A DNA stretch of 26,805 bases from NCBI GenBank assembly GCA_016177165.1, contig JACOVT010000038.1, forward strand, positions 1 to 26,805, in the 5' to 3' direction. This document shows positions 8,083 to 16,136 of this stretch, in pieces. Origin of the DNA: Candidatus Micrarchaeota archaeon (GTDB lineage Archaea; B1Sed10-29; JACOVT01). Position 1 is the stretch's first letter. Each line of letters opens with the position of its first letter. The notes under the pieces are model-generated. The model ran no database searches, had not been told where the DNA came from, and saw nothing but the letters and a program-made list of their open reading frames with translations. Position numbers and translations under genes: made by a program.

Positions 8083-8988
8083 CTAGCCCATGACCAGCCA
8101 CGTCCCGGCAAATATGAGCACCGCGGCCGCGGCCTTGAGGGCCAGCGTGCGTCGGTCGAACTCCTCCTTGAGCAGGTGGGGGAAAAAGCGCGTGAAGCCC
8201 ACAAGCACGAATATGAGTATGATCGGCTGGATCGCCGAGATAGAGATCACTACCGAGGCGGATGCGAGCTTGAACGCCTCGTAGGTGGCGAATGCTATTA
8301 TTACCTCGAGCGTTGACATGAGCACCACGACTGCGGTCCAGCTGTGTGGGGTTCCGTGCATCTCGCGCCTGAATGTTTGGAGAATGCTGGGAACGAGCAG
8401 CATTGCAAGCAGGGCGGCAGTTCCGGATCCGAGCGTCCAGAAGATGACGCTGGCCGGCTCGAACACGCCGATTATTGACTTGGTGTAGACCAGGTAGCCT
8501 CCCCAAATGATGTTTCGCACGATCATTATTGGAAGCACTTTCGAGACCCTGCCGTTTCTGTTTTTCTTGCGCGACTCCGAGTGCCTGTATGAGGCTGCCA
8601 AGGCGCTGATGGTGAGCAGGCCTATCCCGGCGTAGACGTGGAGGGCGAGCGCCTCGCCCAAAAAGATTGCTGACAGTATTGCCGTGAAAACCGGCAGCGT
8701 GTAAACAAGGGAGACGACGCGGCTGGCCTCCTCGTTTTTCATCGAGTAGTACCACATGTAGCTGACAATCGCTTCCAGCACCCCGAAGACGGCCAGAATG
8801 GAGATTATGGTGGTGTCTGTTTTGATTGGAAGCAGCAGCGGGATTGCCAGCAGGGCTGGTATGCCAGCGGCATAGTACGCTATCTGGTATGTCAGCGGGC
8901 TGATCTTCCTAGAAATCAGTATTTTGTTTGCCGTGTTAACAACGGCATACAAGAGCGGCCGCACCAATGCAAGCAAAAACCAATTCAT
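8083..8988 (-). CDS. EamA/DMT-family transporter (301 aa)
   Basis: About 10 hydrophobic segments in two repeats; 'EEASRVVSL..TLPVFTAILSAIFLGEAL' and the C-terminal 'FF...KEEF...ALK..AAVLIFAG' are typical of DMT proteins. Confidence 0.85.
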   Translation of the reverse strand: MNWFLLALVRPLLYAVVNTANKILISRKISPLTYQIAYYAAGIPALLAIPLLLPIKTDTTIISILAVFGVLEAIVSYMWYYSMKNEEASRVVSLVYTLPVFTAILSAIFLGEALALHVYAGIGLLTISALAASYRHSESRKKNRNGRVSKVLPIMIVRNIIWGGYLVYTKSIIGVFEPASVIFWTLGSGTAALLAMLLVPSILQTFRREMHGTPHSWTAVVVLMSTLEVIIAFATYEAFKLASASVVISISAIQPIILIFVLVGFTRFFPHLLKEEFDRRTLALKAAAAVLIFAGTWLVMG

Positions 8989-9001
8989 CGTTACACACCA
9001 T

Positions 9002-9017
9002 TTTTGGTCAAGCTTTT
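9002..9017. repeat. Intergenic TTTTGGTCAAGCTTTT motif; second copy inside the tRNA-Trp intron (9169-9184)
   Basis: TTTTGGTCAAGCTTTT versus TTTTGGTAAAGCTTTT, 15/16 identical. Confidence 0.6.
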
Positions 9018-9101
9018 TTCAAGACAGGCACGACAGCGATCATGCCTTAATAGTGAAAAAGGTTGGTGGGGTCACTGGGATTTGAACCCAGACTGTTAGG
9101 T

Positions 9102-9286
9102 TTCGCCAATATCATTCCGCGCGAGCGCGGTCAGCGCTCCAGAGATTGTTCCGCGAAGACGCAAGCGCTTTTGGTAAAGCTTTTCTCGACCAAGGAGCGT
9201 CATCGGAGAAGCAAAGCTTCTCCGTGATCTCGACGAAGCTCTGCTTCGTCGCAGACGCAAGCGCGACTTCATAGCGGAAAAGGTTT
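9102..9286 (-). ncRNA. tRNA-Trp intron with a box C/D-like guide for 2'-O-methylation of C34
   Basis: Box D CTGA (9134-9131) is preceded by UCUGGAGC, complementary to pre-tRNA GCUCCAGA (9293-9286); the D-5 nucleotide pairs with C34. C'-like GATGACG at 9204-9198 and a degenerate C-like TATGAAG near 9273-9267. Intron-encoded C/D guides in tRNA-Trp are established for euryarchaea. Confidence 0.65.
9204..9251. repeat. Pair of GAAGC-N3-GCTTC hairpins inside the tRNA-Trp intron
   Basis: CGGAGAAGC-AAA-GCTTCTCCG (9204-9224) and CGACGAAGC-TCT-GCTTCGTCG (9231-9251), both perfect 9-bp stems. Confidence 0.85.
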
Positions 9287-9350
9287 CTGGAGCCTAACGT
9301 GCTGCCAGGTTACACCATAACCCCGCTGCTTGGATTATGTCTTACAGCGA

Positions 9351-9356
9351 TTTAAA
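9351..9356 (-). promoter_or_regulatory. TATA box of tRNA-Trp
   Basis: TTTAAA 27-32 nt upstream of the tRNA 5' end (9324). An equivalent TTTAAA (15257-15262) precedes tRNA-Arg. Confidence 0.6.
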
Positions 9357-9359
9357 GCC

Positions 9360-9848
9360 CTATTTTAACCACACGGCATTGGTGTCCTTTGCCTCATAGA
9401 ACGAGAAGAACGTGAGCGTCCTGCCGACTTCTGGCGCGTTCCAAAGCGTGTCCACCACCCACGAGCCGATCTCGCGCTCGTTTGCTCCGCGCACCTTTAG
9501 TATGACGTCCCACTCGCCGGTAACCACATGGGCTTCCTCCACTTCTGGTAGTTGGGCGAGAGAATCGCCGATGTTTTTTGGTTTGATCCTGTCTCGCTTT
9601 GAGAACGGCCTCGGCACCCGCCTGACCAACACGAATGCAGTTGTCGGCATGCCTACCTTGTAGTGGTCCACTATTGCCGAGAATCCCTTGATTATTCCGG
9701 TTTCCACAAGCTTCCTGATCCGCTGGTGGACTGTCGTCGCAGGCATCTTGAGCTTGCGTCCCAATTCTCTCGTTGACTGCCTGCAGTTCTTCTGCAGTTC
9801 TTCCAGTATGGTCTTATCAGCCTCATCTAAATTGTACAAAAATATCAC
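9360..9848 (-). CDS. Lrp/AsnC-family transcriptional regulator (162 aa)
   Basis: LDEADKTILEELQKNCR.S.RELG..L......VHQRIRKL...GII.GF HTH, followed by the RAM domain 'PEVEEAHVVTGEWDVILKV...V.RTLT'. Confidence 0.92.
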   Translation of the reverse strand: MIFLYNLDEADKTILEELQKNCRQSTRELGRKLKMPATTVHQRIRKLVETGIIKGFSAIVDHYKVGMPTTAFVLVRRVPRPFSKRDRIKPKNIGDSLAQLPEVEEAHVVTGEWDVILKVRGANEREIGSWVVDTLWNAPEVGRTLTFFSFYEAKDTNAVWLK

Positions 9849-9853
9849 CCATT

Positions 9854-9870
9854 AACGTACAATGTACGTT
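9854..9870. promoter_or_regulatory. Perfect 8-1-8 palindrome, candidate Lrp operator
   Basis: AACGTACA-A-TGTACGTT lies between the lrp start and a minus-strand TTTATATA (9892-9885). Confidence 0.55.
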
Positions 9871-9930
9871 TAAGTGGCTATATGTATATAAATCTTACTG
9901 GTTGGTGGTTAAAAAAGCAAACATTAATAT

Positions 9931-12900
9931 ATGGGTTGTTCATATATCATCATGGCCGGCTGGACCGCCACCCATTCGAGCCTTGCCTTCGTCAATCTTG
10001 TAGGGCTCCTTCTGGTCTTTTGCCTGATTGTCATCGGCTTTCTCACACCTGTTGGTGTAGCGTCACATGGAAACTCAAAGAAATCCGACCCACCTAATAT
10101 CGGTAAGGACAAGCTCTGTTCATCGCTTCCAGACTCTGGCGGGAAGTGCGATTTTCCTTTGAACAGGTCCGGCAATGTTGGAGGAACCAACCTAAAGCAG
10201 TACAACACCACTGTTCAAACAATCTACGAGTACTTGAGGATCGAGAAGCTGACCCTCAAGAACGGCAAGCCGGACGCGACCATGGAATTCTACGTCAATG
10301 GGAAGCTGAAGCTCTCGTTCAGGGCGAACAGCGCTTCCGCGAACAACTACTGGATTGATGGAAACAAGCTCAAGGTAAGGCAGCAAGTCAAGCTACCCCC
10401 GGGAAACAACCTTCTGGCCGTCAGGGTGGTTGACAACTTCGCCAGCACATCGGCGCAAAAGGATATGGCATACGTTTTCTACCCAAATCACGCCCCAACA
10501 TTGCAAATGGTTACCCCGTCCAACAAAGACTATTGGAGCGGAACCAAAACAATCAAGTGGGATGCCAAGGATATAGACGACGACCCGCTGGCATTCACCG
10601 TGGAATACTCAACAGATGGAAAAACATTCACCACGCTAGCGGCAAACATTGCAGATAGCAGGTACGTCTGGGACACCAAGAGTGTTCCAGACAACGACTC
10701 GTACACGATCAGAGTTGCGGTTTCTGACGGAATGGCCAAGGTCGCCAACTTCACCACGCTTACGGTAGACAACATGCCACCAAAGGTGGCGCTGGCGCTC
10801 GAGCCGCTGCTTTCAGAGTACCTTGTTACCTCACCCCTGCCGGTAGAACACTTTGAGGCCGACCCGCAAGTCAGCGGCAAGCCTTCCGGGATTGCTTCCA
10901 CGTCATGGGACATCGACGGTATGGCCATGCAGGACATGAATATTAGTGACTGGATCGGCAAGCACAAACTAACCCTTACAATAGCAGACCGCGCAGGCAA
11001 CAAGAACTCCGCTTCTGTCGAGTTTGTTGGTATCACTCCTGAAGGCTGCACTACTATTGATTGCGGCGAACAGGCTGCATTGGAAGCCAATTCTAATGGC
11101 AAGATGTTCAAGGGCGCTACTGTGAAAACCACTGCCCAAGAACTGCAGGCTCTCCAAGAGGCCGCATCACAGCAGCCGCACACCCTCCTTCTAAGGTCTG
11201 GAAGCTTTACACCTGGGAAGGGAATAGATGACGCGCTTTCAAAAAAGAACGGAAGCGATGGTTACACATACGCGTACTTAATGTTCAACAAAACAGCTTC
11301 AAGCGCTGACTTAGACTCGCTGCGCTCGTTGGGCGTCAAGCTGCTCAGCTCGCATGACTATTACTCATATTCGGCCCGGATTCCTATGCAGAACATTTCA
11401 AAGATAGCCGGCCTGAACTCGATTTACTGGATGGGATACCTGCCAGCCGACTACAAGCTAGACCCAGTTCTGCAGAAAGCCCTAGACCCGAACAAGACTT
11501 TCGACGATGCCACGAATGAGAACTACAAGCTGTTTGAGGACTATCTCAAAGCAAACGGCCTATCGCTCGACAACATTACGGTATCGGTTAGCACATACCA
11601 GCTCGACCTCTCTGGCGACTTTGGCGAGAAGCTCGGGCAGGCGGGCCTTACCGGCGAACACGAGGATGAAACTCTGGCCGTATTCTATGGCACTGCGAGC
11701 ATTGATGCAGCCAAAAAGATGGCTGGCCTCGGGTTTGTAAACTACGTTAATGTTGTTCTGGGCGGGTCAACGGCGTTGCTCGAAAGCTCGCCAACGATCG
11801 GAGCGGACTATCTTAGCTTCGTCAACGGTCAGATAATGAACGGCGCAGGTGTGCGCGTCGGCATAATAGACAGCGGCTATGACAATGATCACCCATGGCT
11901 GCCGAATTATGGTTCCTGCAGGAACTTCTTGGACAACAATAACGACTGTTCTGACACCCACGGCCATGGAAATTACGTTGCAGGCATCCTGCTGGGACAG
12001 GACGCTAGGCATAGAGGGATAGCCTATGGTGTAACTGGCCCGAAAATAGCCAAGGTGACAGACTCGAGCGGAAACTTCAATGATGCGACAGTGCTTTCTG
12101 CAATGGACTGGATGGCCCAAGACCCGGTTCCGAGCGTGGTGAGCGTTAGTCTTGCAGATCCCATGTTGAAGTGCACTGGCACGGACGACCTAAGCAGACG
12201 GTTGGACAGCAAGGTGTCACAAAACGGCCAAGTGTATGTTGTTGCTGCCGGAAACAACGGCAATATTGGCGCTCAAAGGGTAGGCATGCCGGGGTGTGCC
12301 AAGAACGCAATAACAGTTGGAGCCACCACTGACTACGACACAACCGACTCGGTATGGATGGAAAGCCAACGGGGAAGCAGCTATGGGCCTACAGGGGATG
12401 GAAGGATAAAGCCAGACCTGGTGGCTCCGGGCTGCCTGATTGAGTCGGCGTGGATGAACGGCGGGTCATACGCTGATTGCGGGACCAGCGCCGCCGCGCC
12501 CCACGTTTCTGGCGTGGTGGCAACGCTATTGCAGCACTACGACTGGCTGCACGGGTACCCGGAGCTTGTCAAAGCGCTGCTAATGGCGACCTCAATAAAC
12601 AGTCAATCATGGCCCATTAACAAGTACGGGGCTGGGAAAGTCGACGCGCTGGCAGCAAACTGGTTGTTTGACTACCAGTCTGGTTACAGGTGGAAAACGG
12701 GCTACGGCACGTTTACCGACACTGACCATTGGCACCACTTGGATTTAGTAGTACCATCGGACGCCGCCAAGCTGGTCATTTACCTCACTTGGATGGAACC
12801 GCCCGCGGACGCCGCAAGCGACCATGCCGTGCTGAACAACCTCGACTTGTACTTGGACAGGGAACCATTGCAGGATTCTGGCAACGGTTATGATTGGGAT

Positions 12901-14313
12901 TGGAAATCAGAGTCGTTCAAAGACAATGTGGAGCGGATAATAGTCAATTCCCCCAGTTCCGGCAATTACCAGATAAAGATATTCCCTGTCTCTCTGGATG
13001 TCGGCAGGGCGCCTACCCAGAAGTATGCGGTGGCGTACATGATCGTGAGGGGTCCCACATCACCTTCCCTCGATGTCGGCGTGGACGCGCCCAGCGTGGT
13101 GAATGCTGGCCAATCGTTCACTTTCAAGGCCACGCTTGCCCCGGCGTCATACATGGCATCAGGGGTATACTCTAAGATAACAGTGCCGCAGGATGTTTTG
13201 ATACAGTCAGCCACTACCACGCGCAAGGATGGCACTGTGCGTCACTATGACGGCGCTGCCGGAGTCAACCTTGGAAACATACTATTCTATACTGGTTACG
13301 AACGTACTGTAACATGGTCGTTGAGCGCCAGCTCGTATGGCCAAAAGACCATCAGCTTGGATGTCTGCGGTAGCAACTCTGACTGCCGCGTTGTTGAAAC
13401 AACCGTGAGGGTGAACGCGCCGCCGGCAGCCGGTTTTACGTTCTCTCCAGCCAGCCCGACCACAGCAGACTCTGTACTATTTACAGACACTTCAACAGAC
13501 GACGCTGGCGTGGCATCTTGGAGCTGGAGCTTCGGGGACGGCTCGTCGTCAAGCGAGCGCAACCCATTCCACAGGTACGCGAGCGCAGGCGCCTATTCGG
13601 TAACGCTGACAGTAACGGATGGGAGCGGCGCCACAAGCACCAAAAGCACCCAGATTTCCGTTTCCGACCCCGTAACGCCGCCACCTCCGCCACCAGAAAC
13701 ACTTCTTTCAGAAGACTTTGAGGATGGAAACGCGAACGGGTGGAACTCCCTATCCGGCTCGATGAGTGTCATTGCCGGAAACCTTGATGGTTCTGGCAGC
13801 TATGTCCTAAAGGTCACTTCGGATGGAGACACGCCTTCCGGCGTCCTATACTCCGGCGGCACTGGTTGGCTGAACTATAATATTGACGTGCAGTTTAGGG
13901 AGATAGAAACCAACGATCCGGGCGGCGACCCTTTGGGATCCGACCCCAACACTTATGTCAATGTTTACTTCTACCAACAGTCGGCCTCAAATGCAAACAA
14001 TGGGTATAAGCTGCACATTCGAGGAAGGCAAGGAACCACTTCTCTCTTTAAGGTAGTAAATGGGGCTGATACTCAACTTATTACGACCTGTGGCTCGTTC
14101 GACCAGAATCAGCTGCGAAAGATAAAAATCAAGACAACACCCGCGGCAATAGAATACGTGATTACAGACCATAATGGAAACAGTTGTTACAGCGGACTTC
14201 CAATCGAAGACTCCACATTCAGGAGTGGTGCGGTTGGTGTTGCCGCCCATACGGGGGTTGCCGGGACTTATGTCACGACATTGTTTGACAACATTGTTGT
14301 CAAACCCAACTAG
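9931..14313 (+). CDS. Large secreted or membrane-anchored S8 (subtilisin, KP-43-like) serine protease with Ig-like, PKD and C-terminal lectin-like domains (1460 aa)
   Basis: N-terminal hydrophobic segment; triad VGIIDSG, DTHGHGNYVAG and CGTSAAAPHVSG; AAGN, CAKNAITVGA and GRIKPDLVAPG; a KP-43-like beta-barrel (LTW...NNLDL...DNVERI); PKD (WSWSFGDG...HRYASAGAYSVTLTVTD); a Pro linker; and a terminal LLSEDFEDG..GW beta-sandwich. The exact start (9931 or 9952) is uncertain. Confidence 0.9.
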   Translation: MGCSYIIMAGWTATHSSLAFVNLVGLLLVFCLIVIGFLTPVGVASHGNSKKSDPPNIGKDKLCSSLPDSGGKCDFPLNRSGNVGGTNLKQYNTTVQTIYEYLRIEKLTLKNGKPDATMEFYVNGKLKLSFRANSASANNYWIDGNKLKVRQQVKLPPGNNLLAVRVVDNFASTSAQKDMAYVFYPNHAPTLQMVTPSNKDYWSGTKTIKWDAKDIDDDPLAFTVEYSTDGKTFTTLAANIADSRYVWDTKSVPDNDSYTIRVAVSDGMAKVANFTTLTVDNMPPKVALALEPLLSEYLVTSPLPVEHFEADPQVSGKPSGIASTSWDIDGMAMQDMNISDWIGKHKLTLTIADRAGNKNSASVEFVGITPEGCTTIDCGEQAALEANSNGKMFKGATVKTTAQELQALQEAASQQPHTLLLRSGSFTPGKGIDDALSKKNGSDGYTYAYLMFNKTASSADLDSLRSLGVKLLSSHDYYSYSARIPMQNISKIAGLNSIYWMGYLPADYKLDPVLQKALDPNKTFDDATNENYKLFEDYLKANGLSLDNITVSVSTYQLDLSGDFGEKLGQAGLTGEHEDETLAVFYGTASIDAAKKMAGLGFVNYVNVVLGGSTALLESSPTIGADYLSFVNGQIMNGAGVRVGIIDSGYDNDHPWLPNYGSCRNFLDNNNDCSDTHGHGNYVAGILLGQDARHRGIAYGVTGPKIAKVTDSSGNFNDATVLSAMDWMAQDPVPSVVSVSLADPMLKCTGTDDLSRRLDSKVSQNGQVYVVAAGNNGNIGAQRVGMPGCAKNAITVGATTDYDTTDSVWMESQRGSSYGPTGDGRIKPDLVAPGCLIESAWMNGGSYADCGTSAAAPHVSGVVATLLQHYDWLHGYPELVKALLMATSINSQSWPINKYGAGKVDALAANWLFDYQSGYRWKTGYGTFTDTDHWHHLDLVVPSDAAKLVIYLTWMEPPADAASDHAVLNNLDLYLDREPLQDSGNGYDWDWKSESFKDNVERIIVNSPSSGNYQIKIFPVSLDVGRAPTQKYAVAYMIVRGPTSPSLDVGVDAPSVVNAGQSFTFKATLAPASYMASGVYSKITVPQDVLIQSATTTRKDGTVRHYDGAAGVNLGNILFYTGYERTVTWSLSASSYGQKTISLDVCGSNSDCRVVETTVRVNAPPAAGFTFSPASPTTADSVLFTDTSTDDAGVASWSWSFGDGSSSSERNPFHRYASAGAYSVTLTVTDGSGATSTKSTQISVSDPVTPPPPPPETLLSEDFEDGNANGWNSLSGSMSVIAGNLDGSGSYVLKVTSDGDTPSGVLYSGGTGWLNYNIDVQFREIETNDPGGDPLGSDPNTYVNVYFYQQSASNANNGYKLHIRGRQGTTSLFKVVNGADTQLITTCGSFDQNQLRKIKIKTTPAAIEYVITDHNGNSCYSGLPIEDSTFRSGAVGVAAHTGVAGTYVTTLFDNIVVKPN

Positions 14314-14364
14314 GTTTGCGCGAATGGCGTTCTTTTTAAGGTGCTGCCTGCCTAAGTTGGGTTG

Positions 14365-15021
14365 ATGGCGCGTCCAATGGTGGTATCGTGGGAGGCTTTC
14401 CCGCGAGCAGTGCTGTTCGCCATCATGCTGCTTTTCTTGGCTGTTGTCGCCTACGTGAGCATGGGCACTGGCGGCTGGGTAACGTACAACGCCGACATGC
14501 TCCCTAACGAGTCCGGCTGGATGCTAAGCACATACAGCAAGGACCCGAACCTGCAGACGATACGTGAGGGGGTTCTGGATTATTTGAAGCCGGTCGCTGC
14601 CCACCACTATACCTACCGGAATGTTGGCGATCTTAGCAACGCGGCCGGCACGATCTTGGAGGCAAGGGTTAGGGTGGTGCAAGGCGGGATGAGCCCTGGT
14701 TATGCGGAGGTTCCGCCGTTCTATTATGGGGCTTATTTGGCCATAAGTGACGGTTCCAAGCACGCCGGGCTTTCAGTGGGGGATGGATACGTGCAGCTTG
14801 GCAGGCAGCTCTTCAAGCTGGACACGTTGGGAGGCTTCCACACCTACCGGTTGGAGTTGAAGGGCAATCTTGCCAGTGCATACGTTGACGGCAAGCTCGT
14901 GGCTGCCTCGATACCGGTTGACTCCGGCGACAAGAGGATAGAATGGGGTGTTTCTTCCAGCAGCAACACCGGCTATGCCGAGTCGCTGTGGGATTACGTG
15001 AAGTACAAGATAGGCATTTGA
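14365..15021 (+). CDS. Membrane-anchored LamG/concanavalin-like beta-sandwich protein (218 aa)
   Basis: An N-terminal TM helix, then 'FHTYRLEL.GN.ASAYVDG.LV' and 'WDYVKY', typical of LamG-like folds. Co-directional with the protease. Confidence 0.6.
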   Translation: MARPMVVSWEAFPRAVLFAIMLLFLAVVAYVSMGTGGWVTYNADMLPNESGWMLSTYSKDPNLQTIREGVLDYLKPVAAHHYTYRNVGDLSNAAGTILEARVRVVQGGMSPGYAEVPPFYYGAYLAISDGSKHAGLSVGDGYVQLGRQLFKLDTLGGFHTYRLELKGNLASAYVDGKLVAASIPVDSGDKRIEWGVSSSSNTGYAESLWDYVKYKIGI

Positions 15022-15089
15022 ATAGCTAGCCTCCAGCGCCTCATTTGACAACTTGGAGCGAATTGTGGTTCGCTGGCGTTCGAATCGTG

Positions 15090-15233
15090 TGGCGGGCCTG
15101 GAGGGATTCGAACCCCCGACCACCGGCTCTCTCCAGTTTTCCCAGGTTTTTCCCGACTTGCGAGCGCAAGCGAGCGACACCGCGGAAAAAGCTGTAGGAC
15201 GCCGCTGCTCTATCCAGGCTGAGCTACAGGCCC
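15090..15233 (-). tRNA. trnR: tRNA-Arg(CCT), CCA-encoded, with a 66-nt intron at 37/38 (15129-15194); atypical G32 and G27-G43
   Basis: GGGCCTG/CAGGCCC acceptor, D-arm GCTC-AGCCTGGATA-GAGC, anticodon CCT (15198-15196), T-arm GGGGG-TTCGAAT-CCCTC, GCCA end, BHB-like bulges TA|C and AG|A. Confidence 0.85.
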
Positions 15234-15277
15234 GCAAATAGGTTTGGTTTGCCTGCTTTAAATGAGAATGTAGGCTG

Positions 15278-16027
15278 CTAGAGCAGCAGGTTCTTGAAGT
15301 TCTGCGCCACGTAGGGGGACTGGATCCATGCGCCGATTTCCTGCTTTTCCTCCTCTGGCGTGAGGAACAGCATCACGTGGTCGTCGACTATCATCATCCT
15401 GTGCAGGTCGCTCTTTTTCACGACTTCTCCCACGTGTCTTGCCCGCTTTTCGAGCAGGTCGTCCGCTAGTGGAGAGATTATGCTTATCTTGACTCCGCGT
15501 TTCTTTGCGCTAAGGAGGGTGTCCTCATATGCCGCGAGCTTGCGCTTGAGCCCTGCCGGGGATGATGCTATTAGTATGGAGCTGTGCGCGTTCTGTATGA
15601 GCGACTCGATCTTGGCGTGTATGTTTTCAGAGTCGCGGAGCACCCAGACGAAGTCGCCTGAGTCGGCTTGCTGCTGCGAGGTATCGAGGAGGCGTACGTG
15701 TTCGGTGAGTTGGGTGCGTATCTTGTCCATTTCTGACAGTTCTTTTTGGAAGTCCCGCTGCCTGAACTCCTTTAGAGAAGAGAAGGCTTCGCTCACGGTG
15801 AGGGCGCGGAACTTGGAGGGACGTCCGGGCTGGGTGCTCACGAACCCCTTCTTTCCGAGCTTGTCAAGTACGTCATAAGTGCGCGGGCGGGGTATGCCTG
15901 CAAGGTCGCTGAGCTCTGATGCGCTCGTAGGCCCGCCGCCAAGCAGGGCCAGGTACACGCGAGATTCGTACTGGTTGAGCCCTATCCTGCGCAGTAGTGC
16001 TAGTGCGTCCCCGTTCACGAGTTTCAT
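15278..16027 (-). CDS. TrmB-family transcriptional regulator (249 aa)
   Basis: GLNQYESRVYLALL...A.ELS..AGIPRPRTYDVL..L.KKGFV...GRP..FRA wHTH, a coiled coil, and a PLD-like effector domain (MMIVDD). ATG at 16027 is preferred over TTG at 16090. Confidence 0.88.
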   Translation of the reverse strand: MKLVNGDALALLRRIGLNQYESRVYLALLGGGPTSASELSDLAGIPRPRTYDVLDKLGKKGFVSTQPGRPSKFRALTVSEAFSSLKEFRQRDFQKELSEMDKIRTQLTEHVRLLDTSQQQADSGDFVWVLRDSENIHAKIESLIQNAHSSILIASSPAGLKRKLAAYEDTLLSAKKRGVKISIISPLADDLLEKRARHVGEVVKKSDLHRMMIVDDHVMLFLTPEEEKQEIGAWIQSPYVAQNFKNLLL

Positions 16028-16136
16028 ACTACTGGGAAGTGGTTTATAAACCTCGGTCTTTGGATCCACGTAGCTATTTAAGAACAGCAACCTTTAAATA
16101 TGTTATCACTTAGAAATAGTTACAATTAGGGATTTG

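Larger units (their letters stand above)
9064..9324 (-). tRNA. trnW: tRNA-Trp(CCA), CCA-encoded, with a 185-nt intron at canonical 37/38 (9102-9286)
   Basis: Exons 9324-9287 and 9101-9064 join into a 76-nt cloverleaf: acceptor GGGGTTA/TGACCCC, anticodon stem TTAGG/CCTAA, loop CT-CCA-GA, T-arm CTGGG-TTCAAAT-CCCAG, ACCA end. Confidence 0.93.

Noticed and set aside
8068-8083. GGGGCTT-AA-AAGCCCC palindrome, and GGTTTATAAACC at 16041-16052
   Set aside because: Both are centred on TATA-like A/T runs, which are self-complementary by nature. No further copies support a separate regulatory motif.
9900-9908. GGTTGGTGG matching the tRNA-Trp 3' end/flank (9061-9069), as a possible att site
   Set aside because: Only 9 bp, it would bracket the tRNA and lrp rather than foreign DNA, and there is no integrase. 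Chance is likely. No copy of the tRNA-Arg 3' end was found at the left border of the protease region.
14773-15241. ORFs of 154 aa (-) and 62 aa (+)
   Set aside because: They run through the tRNA-Arg gene and intron and are not credible proteins.
16104-16120. TATCAC half-site upstream of trmB resembling the Thermococcales TGM (TATCAC-N5-GTGATA)
   Set aside because: The second half-site is absent (AATAGT), so this is insufficient to call an operator.
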